DNA of 63,117 nucleotides from Lama guanicoe (lineage: Eukaryota). The translations under genes and the position numbers were made by a program. Each line of letters begins with the position of its first letter. Within the stretch, counting starts at the first letter, position 1. The DNA lies in assembly GCA_013239625.1 (NCBI GenBank), contig MU053933.1, positions 2,841,798 to 2,904,914 of the forward strand. The letters run 5' to 3'. This document shows, one piece after another, positions 55,601 to 63,117 of the stretch. Under the pieces are notes generated by a model, which was not told where the DNA came from, did not search any database, and was given only the letters and a program-made list of their open reading frames with translations.

Positions 55601-58600
55601 CGCAGGCAGAGCCCCATCCAGCAAGGCACGCAGCAAACAGAGCTGCGAAAATGCGAAGCAAAACCGTGACGGAGCTGCAAGGAGACACAGACAAGTTCCC
55701 GACAATAAATGCAAAAGTCAGTACCCGCCTCTCAGCAGTGGACCAGACGAAAACCCACGGGGACAGAGAGCAAACCACCGCGCCCCCAGCAGCAGGGTCC
55801 GAGCAGCTTCAGGGCATGCCGCCCGCATCAGCAGTTCCCAGTCTTCAAGTGCCCACGGAGCACGTAACAGGACAGAGCACATCCTGGGCCCCGAAGCAAA
55901 CCCCCACAAATGAAAAGGACTGAAATCACAGACTGTTCTCTGGTCGCAAAGCAGAAGTCAGGAACAGCAGGATCACAGGGAGACGTGGAAGCACCTGGAA
56001 ACCACGCAGCCCACTGCGCAACCACCACAGGCCAAAGAGAAAGTGTGGAGGGAGGGGAAAACACGCTGAGTGAGCGGAAGTGAAACGCAGCATATCAAAA
56101 TCTGGAGGCTGCAGCTCAGCCAGGCTGGGAGGGACGTGAACGGCAACGAAACACACGTATCAGACGGGACGGCGTCGCAAGGCATTGGTCTCAGCTAGAA
56201 AAAGATGAGTGGAGCAAATCCAAAGCGAGCAGAGGAAAGGAAACAACTGAAGTTCGAGCCAGCACAGTCAGGCAAGAAAAACACATGAAGGGCACTCAGA
56301 AGAGACCTCCTAGAAGTGACCGGTGTGACCTCAACAAGATCATGCGAGAAAAGACACAGGCTCCAAAGCACGTCCGACGCAAGCAGGCGTCAGAGGCGCT
56401 GAGGGCCCAGGTCCAGGCCACAGCGACAGAGCAGACGCTGCGATGAAGCAAGGCACACAGACTGGTTTCCCGGGGCACGTGAGAGCTGTGCGCACACTGC
56501 TCTATAGTCTACTAAGTGTGCAATACCATTACGTCTAAAAACAATGCACATATTTCAATAAAAAATATTTAATTGCTAAAAAAAGCTAACCATCATCTGA
56601 TGATGCAGCGTTGCCACAAATCTTCAATTTGTAAAAACGCAATGTCTGCAAAACAGTGCAAGAGTGAGGCCTGCACACGTTAGAGTGAGCATTTGGACAC
56701 TGTTGTGAGCTGAACTGTGACTCTCAAATTAGCCTGCTGGAACCCCAGCCCCCACTGTGCTTGCAAACAGGCAGTCAAATGATGTCATAAGGGTGGGACC
56801 TGATCCGGGAGGACTGGTGTCCCTATGAGAGAGAGACACCAGGAGTGCCCGTGCGCACAAGGGAAAGGCCACACGAGGGCACAGGGAGGGGACGGCGGCC
56901 GGCATGCTGAGGAGGAGGTTCTCAGGAGGGACGAGGCCTGCCCACACCTTGACCTCTGACTTCCAGCCTCCCGACTGTCAGACAGTAAATGCTGCTGTTT
57001 GAGCCGCCCAGGCTGGCATTTTGTCATGGCAGCTCCAGCACACAGAGCTCAAAATTAAAACCATGCCATTTACAATTGCTCAAAAAATAACACTCAAGTA
57101 TAAATCTAACAAAACACGCACAGCACTACAGTGTTTGCACATGCAAAACTACAAGATGCTGCAAGAAACCGAGGAGGCTCCGAGCAAGTGGAGAGGCACA
57201 CCACAGCCACAGGCTGGGGCACTCAGCGCAGCACCCTCCCCAAACTGACGCAGGCTCAGTGCGGTTCCGAGCAAAACCCCAGCAAGGAAGTCTGCAGGCG
57301 AGATGGCTCTAAAACTTACAGGAAAAGGCAAAGAAATGACAGCAACTGAGATGATTTTGAAAAAGGAATGTAAAAGCTGGAGAACCCGGGCACCCGGTCT
57401 CAGGGCTGAGCCCCTCCCCCCCGCAGGGGGGCCGGGGGGCACAGGGCGGGCCCCCCGCTCAGCGGAGCAGGGTAGTGGGCAGCCAGGAACAGGCGCGCAC
57501 AAGCGGTGGGAAAGCACCGGGCTTTTCAACAGACGGCGCCGCAGGCACTGGACACCCACCAAGGATGAAACCGGACGCAGACTTCACACCTTGCGCAAAA
57601 GTGAACCTAAAAGCGGTCACAGGCTTAAATGTGACACTACACGACTTTGGCAGAGAAACTAAGGGAAAGCGTGTGGGACCCGGGGCCAGGCAAAGAGTCA
57701 CCAAGTGCGACACCAAAACTGAGCTCCCAAAGAGGGAGAACGAGTAACTCCGACCTCATCAAATTAAAGCTGCTGCACAGACGACCGTGAGGACGGACCG
57801 ACTACGGATGGGAGAAACCATCTGCAAACCACACACCCAACAAAGGACTCGCATGCGGAACACACAAACAGGGAACAAAAGTCGCGCGAGAAAAAAGGAC
57901 CCAACTGGGAAACGGCAGGGAAGTGAAGAAACACTTCACCCAAGAGAAAGGACCGGCGGCAGCGGCGGCGGGTGCGGGGGGGGCGTCGGCGGCCCCAGGA
58001 AAGAGCAACCTAAAACCACAGGAAACATCGCCCCACAGCTTCCCGAACTGCTCAGCAGAAACCCAACAACGCCCAACACGGACGAGAACGTGCGCGACGG
58101 GGCAGCTGCCCTGCAAAACAGTCCGCAGGGCCTGAAAACACGGGCAGCCACCGTGGGAGCCCGCGCCTGCACGCCGGGCGTCTGGCCGCACGAGGACCTA
58201 GGCTCTCACAGAAGCCACAAGCAAGCGTGGGGAGCGGCTCTACCCTCCCAGCCCCAACCCAGAGCTGTTTGCAGGGAGCGGTAAACCAGCCCGGCAGCAC
58301 CGAGACGGGGTGGGCGCACGCCGTGCACCCCGAGGGGAGCGGGCAACGGGCAGCCCCGAAGCCACCCACTGCAGGATCCTCGGACGCCGCACTTGAGATG
58401 AGACCACCACAGAGACGGGGCCCGGAGGACGCGGGGTGGGTCAGGTGCGGCCACGGACGGGAGCCTGAGTGGCCCTGGGAGGAGGGACGGCAGTGCTCAC
58501 ACCAGGGAAGTGCAGGGCGTGGCCATGGTCACACTGCCAGTGAGCCTATCATGATCCAAAAATAAAGCTTAGCCGCCCAGGCCAGTTCCCCACATGCTCC

Positions 58601-61600
58601 GTCCCAGTCCCCACCAGTCGCCAGGTCTGAACACCTGCCCCGTTCTCACCCCTGAGGATGGAGGGACAGGGACACGCACAGCTCTGCACAAGGGAAGGTC
58701 AGCGAGACGACCCTTCCTTCTGGTGCCGCCAGCATTTCCAACTACAAACAAACTTCTGGAGTTACCTTTTAACTGGGAAACCGAACCAGCCAGAGAAAAA
58801 TCAATCTACTGCCGTCAGCCTGACCTGATGTGGCCGGAAGCAGCCATGTGGCGAGGGCCAGGGACAGGAGGCAAGGAAGCCCAGGCCGTGGGGAAGAGCT
58901 CTCCAGACCCTCCCCAGCCCTGGGCCTCTCGGATCCCCAGGGCCCAGAGCCCGGACAACTGGGGGCCCCAGGGAAGGGAGGCCCCTGGTGTGCCGCACAG
59001 CTGCCAGGCCAGGCCCCACTGGCCAGGGCACTGTCTCCCCTGTGAGGGAGACTCCAACCCACCGTCCCTGGACAGCAGGGCTGTGCCCTCAGGACAGCCC
59101 CTGCCCCACAGGCGCAGCTGCACACACAACCGTGGCCCGAGCCCACATGGCCACGGGGCGCTCTGCCCACCCTGCTTGGTTGGACACTCCCCGGTTCCGG
59201 CCTGGGGACTGGGGGCGGTGAGCCTGGAGAAGCAGAGCCAGGACCTGCCTGCCTGCATGGACAGAGGGCCAGAGGCTGCAAGGCTTCTCCCTGAAAGGCA
59301 CCTCTAAACCCTGCCCCGGGAGCTGGCTCCAAGCAAGAGTCTCTCCTGCTCAGAACACCCCTTCTGGCCAGCTTAGGGCCATCAGGGCAGGGACCCTTGG
59401 ACAGAGGCCAGGACTTCTCCACGCGGTCGACTGAGCCCCTGTGAGGCCCAGGCTCCCAGCAGAGGAGGCCGCGCCCACAGCGGAGGGCGGGGCAGCATGG
59501 CCCCTGGGGAGTCTGGGCCCCACCCTGCTGTGGGCCTGTCCGCTGGCAAATTCCAGCGCACTCCGAGAGGTCCTGCCTTGGCTGGAGCCACCCGGAGTCA
59601 CACAGTGAGTGCCCCCCAGTCTCACGGCAGACAGGAATTCTCAAACTCTCCAGAAGGCAGAGAACCTGCCCAGGGTCAGACGAGGGGCCTGGAAAGGGGC
59701 CACACACGCCAACACCAGCCTCGCCAGCTCCACCCTCGCTGGCCCTCCACAGAGGAGACAAACGGCAGTCACGAGCACCAGGGCCCATCCCAGGCAGAGG
59801 CCTGGCACGAGGACATGGGCTGGGGCAGCACGGCGGGATGCCAGCCCGTGTGGGGGACACCCAGGGCCAGTGAGCACGCCTGCCGAGGGACCTGCCCTGG
59901 GCCAGCCTCGGAGGCCCCGGCGTCCTAACTGAACTCGACCATGTCCTGCCTGGACCCAGGCAGCAGCCGCACAGGCCGGCACTGCAGCAGCCAGATTGTG
60001 GCCCCTGCCCCTGACCTTTCCCTCCCTGCTTGGGGCTTCTCCCTTCCTGCTCCTGCTCCCACTCAGGCCAGAGGGTCCGGCTGGAGATGCCCAGCCTGCA
60101 GCAGATTTGTGGTCTGGGTGCCGGGGAGAGGCAACACCCCTGGCTGGGTGGGCCCCTAGAGGCCAGGCCAGGACATCCCCCCAGAGGCTGCCCGCCTGGA
60201 GGAAGTGAGCCCGACACCGGGGCTCACCTGAGAGTGGACCGGGAGGCCCAGGCCCCGCTTGTCCGAGATGATGAGGGTGATGATGGTCTTGAGAACGGTG
60301 GCGAGGAATGTGTTGACTCCGAAGACCAGGGCACGGAGCTCGTGAGAAAGAGAAGACGCGATCTGAAAACTGGACAGGAAGAGTAGGCCGTGGTCAGGGG
60401 TCCAGCCCAGTGAGGGGCAAGACCGACCTCAGGCGCAGAGGAACCCAGCTCGGAGAGGCACTCCCGAGCCGCCAGTGGCTGCGAGAACTGCCGTGTGGTC
60501 CAGTGATCAGCCAGCTTGCTGAGGCTGCGGGTGACTGGCTAGATCAGCTGGGCACCTCTCCCACAACAACTCACAAACCAAGTCCAAAATGCGACCTTGG
60601 GAAGACGGGTAAAGTCCTCTAGTAACTGTGGGACGGAGTAAGTCATAATCAGTATAGAGGTCTCAGAAAATCACCCTCGTGGGAGCGAGATACCAGCAGA
60701 ACCCAGGCACAGACAGAGCACAAGGAAAACTCAAAGTCCTTGGTCGTTAAATGATTCAGTCAATTAGGGAAAGAACAGGAAAACAAAGAAGGAAAGCCGG
60801 AGGAATTAATATGCTCAGAGCTTCCAGTCCTCAGCAAAGAAATTAACATTTGAACATACTTCGAATTAGAATCCCCAGAGTGCCTGAGAAAACAAACCGG
60901 ACAAGAAATGTTCTAAAGTTCTGAAAACAAAACCGAACAAAAATACCCAAGGAAGTCCTTAAAGAGAACGACCGAGGCCAAGGAGCTTCTGCTGGGGTGG
61001 AGAGGGCGGGGGGGGCCAAGAAATACACGAAAAGGCAGGATGAGGGTCACAGACAGACACACGGATGGTGAGAAGAGAGCGGGTCAGGGGCCCCGACGAC
61101 AGATTCACTGCTGGGAAGCTGGAGCCGGGCCAGGTCCCGCCGGCACAGGCAGAACGCCATGCCACCCACAGGTGGTTTCAGATGGTGCTCCTCCAGCCCG
61201 GAAGTGGGACTGAGGGCACAGTAACTGGGTCACATCTGTGACAGAAGCTCCTATCACATATGGAGATAAGCACACTGCAGATAAACAGGGAAAAAAGGAA
61301 TCCCAGCAGAAGAAGAACCCACAGACACAAACTGGCCACGACACCAGCGGGGAGCCAGCCCTGCCGTCACTAGGGAAAGACGACTGGCCCCGGCCACCCT
61401 CCGACACCCGCCGGGGCTGCGCACTGGCCGGGCGGGCACCTGCGACATCTCTGCCACCCTCCTTCTAAAGCGCATGCCCTTTAACCTCACCAATACCTGC
61501 TAGGACCTGCCTGAGGCCATTATCAGAATTTGGGAAGGAAAATGTAGGTGAGAGGAAGTGGCTTCAGTGTCGTCTGTCCTAGGAAACTATCAGGGCAGGT

Positions 61601-63035
61601 CCATCACCAAGAGGCCCAACTACGCACGCGCTCCGGACGGAGCCACGCGGCTACGTGCGGGGCAGGGGTGCAGAGTGACCCCCACGTGTCAGCGTCAGGA
61701 CCCGGGTCTGAGGAGGACGCGTCCTCTTTACGCCTTTCTGTGTCCCATTTGATCTCTTCTGTATCCGACTTGACCTTTCCTGCGTTGTCTGATCTTTCCA
61801 CCACGCACACCTACGGTGCTTACAGTTAACAGGAGTCAGGACACTAGGTGGTCCTGAGAGAAGGGAGTGGAACACCTGGGGCCCTGGCGCCCCTCCCACA
61901 AGGCTGACGTGACAGGAGAGGGGAGTGAGCGACCAAAGGAAGTGCCTTCCAGGACATTCACAGGCTGAGAAAGCCGGGGGAAGGGTGGACAGGAGGGGAG
62001 GATGGAAGGCCAGGCCACACAAGGGAGTCAGGCCACCTGCCAGGAGCTAGCAGTGTGAGCGTGTATGCTGTGTCCATGACTGCACATGAACACGTGTGAG
62101 GGATAAACACACGTGTGAGGGATAAACACACGCGTGTGGTGTGAACACGTGAAGCATGCGTGTGCAGCTTTCTGAGAGGTCTGGTTCAGAGAGTCACACA
62201 GAGGGCAGGAGTCAGCTGGACGTGGGCTGAGGAAGGTTCTGGAAGGCACAGACAGGTCAGCGGGCAGCTCTTGGGACGTCCCTGGGTGGGTGCAGGAGTG
62301 CCCCCAGGGGCATGAGGAATGCAAGGGCACCAGGGGAAGAGCCACCCTGGGCAGAAGGCCAGCTGGGTCACCCGGTCACTCCTGGGCATGAGCCACCATG
62401 CCCAGAGTGGGAGTGGACAGGCTCAAAATGGCCACAGGGCTACCTCAGATGAGAACTCAGATGCAGGGCCTGGAGGCTGGGAGGAAGGGCTTCCCGAAGT
62501 CTGGTCCCTGTGGACAGTGAGTGGCTTGGGGGGAGAACAGGGGACATCCACACGGACCGGGCTCCTTGCCTAGCCGTGAGGTTACAGTGGCTGGGACAGG
62601 AGGTGCTGTGGACAAGTGGCTCCCTGGCTAAGGGCGCCCAGGGTTCACGCTCCTCCCGGCTGACTGGGACCACACCCAGACGCCGCTCCACACTGCCCAG
62701 CACACGCTCCTGCTGCTCCCCCGGAACCTTCTGGAAGGAGGCCTCTCGATACACACAGCACACGACCTCCATCTGCTCGCACTCGGCCAGGCCCCAGGCC
62801 CTCGCACGGCCACCCGCATGGCCGCCCGCACGCCCAACTCACGTGGCGATGGGCACCAGGAACTGGTAGGAACCGCGGAAGAGCACGAAGGCCATGTAGC
62901 ACAGCCAGATGCTGTCTGTCCTGTACATGAGGAAGACCAGCCCAGCCTGCACCACAGTCACCACCGCGATGACCAGCTTCGCCCACACCGCCCAGCGGAT
63001 CTTCACGAAGCCCGCCGCAAAGGAGGTGATGGCAC
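52402..63035 (-). CDS. SLC19A1: Reduced folate carrier, 3' part (last three coding exons; 5' exons lie beyond the window)
   Basis: Joined peptide GAITSFAAGFVKIRW..LFRGSYQFLVPIATFQIASSLS..LVFGVNTFLATVLKT..RGLGLPV..QFLVYF..EAKA*; known synteny with COL18A1. Confidence 0.97.
56380..56676 (+). mobile_element. Tigger1-derived internally deleted element nested in the L1
   Basis: tagtctactaagtgtgcaataccattacgtctaaaa..attgctaaaaaa..gttgccacaaatcttcaatttgtaaaaacgca match Tigger1 termini. Confidence 0.8.
56701..57045 (+). mobile_element. MaLR solo LTR, MLT1A-like, nested in the L1
   Basis: ggactggtgtccctatgaga..gacaccagg..aaaggccacacgagg..caccttgacctctgacttccagcctcc..ttttgtcatggcagc. Confidence 0.85.
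60228..60369 (-). CDS. SLC19A1: SLC19A1 penultimate coding exon (TM11)
   Basis: tccag|T FQIASSLSHELRALVFGVNTFLATVLKTIITLIISDKRGLGLPVHSQ|gtgagc; 142 nt. Confidence 0.95.
60600..61560 (+). mobile_element. Possible A-rich L1/HAL1 ORF1-type relic
   Basis: A-rich strand bias with aaaacaaaccggacaagaaatgttctaaag-type segments; family not resolved. Confidence 0.35.
62090..62127. repeat. 2 x 19-bp tandem repeat within a TG-rich tract
   Basis: acacgtgtgagggataaac twice. Confidence 0.9.
62843..63035 (-). CDS. SLC19A1: SLC19A1 coding exon (TM8 end to TM10)
   Basis: cacag|GT AITSFAAGFVKIRW..IWLCYMAFVLFRGSYQFLVPIA AC|gtgagt; 193 nt. Confidence 0.95.
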
Positions 63036-63117
63036 CTGTGCGGGGAGACGAGCGCGTCACGACTGGCCTCGGGGGCGGCGGGGCGGGCGGGGCGGGTGGG
63101 CGTACCGAGCAGAGTGG

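Larger units (their letters stand above)
53600..58570 (+). mobile_element. Ancient, near-complete but decayed L1 (5'UTR monomers, ORF1, ORF2 pieces, 3' end) in the last SLC19A1 intron
   Basis: ORF1-like LELKNTITEMK and GLNSSMELEDRTTEITKSEQQRE; ORF2 start-like TITLNISGLNKP (~55370); MPFTIAQK; terminal AATAAA at ~58561. Confidence 0.85.

Noticed and set aside
58769-60217. 482-aa ORF starting just inside the last SLC19A1 intron
   Set aside because: Out of frame with the preceding exon (in-frame read-through stops after ~23 codons), GTG start, low-complexity G/P/A/R/C composition.

Overview
Very GC-rich mammalian genomic DNA. The youngest L1 insert is of cetartiodactyl type, and I saw no CHR/Bov/PRE-1 SINEs, so a camelid is plausible but unproven. 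The window holds two convergent, well-known genes. (1) COL18A1 (collagen XVIII/endostatin), + strand: 41 GT-AG exons, corresponding to exons 3-43 of the 43-exon gene, from ATG 3643 to TAG 47814. By my hand assembly the spliced frame is intact: about 1765 aa for the long Frizzled-domain isoform and about 1512 aa for the medium isoform using the internal donor after 4303. Exons 1-2 (short isoform) lie upstream of the window. (2) The last three coding exons of SLC19A1 (reduced folate carrier), - strand, stop at 52402. Introns contain old L1, MaLR LTR and Tigger/MER2 relics, many strongly GC-shifted, plus one 60-N assembly gap. I found no new multi-gene system, CRISPR array or structural RNA gene; most long ORFs in the track are GC artefacts. 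The best leads are lineage-specific: an unusually divergent TSPN exon inside a CpG island, an apparent RGD gain in one domain and loss in another, altered endostatin hinge sites, SLC19A1 substitutions near TM11, and a triple-nested TE stack that may supply the SLC19A1 poly(A) signal. Comparisons with human/mouse proteins and repeat consensuses are from memory and need confirmation by alignment.
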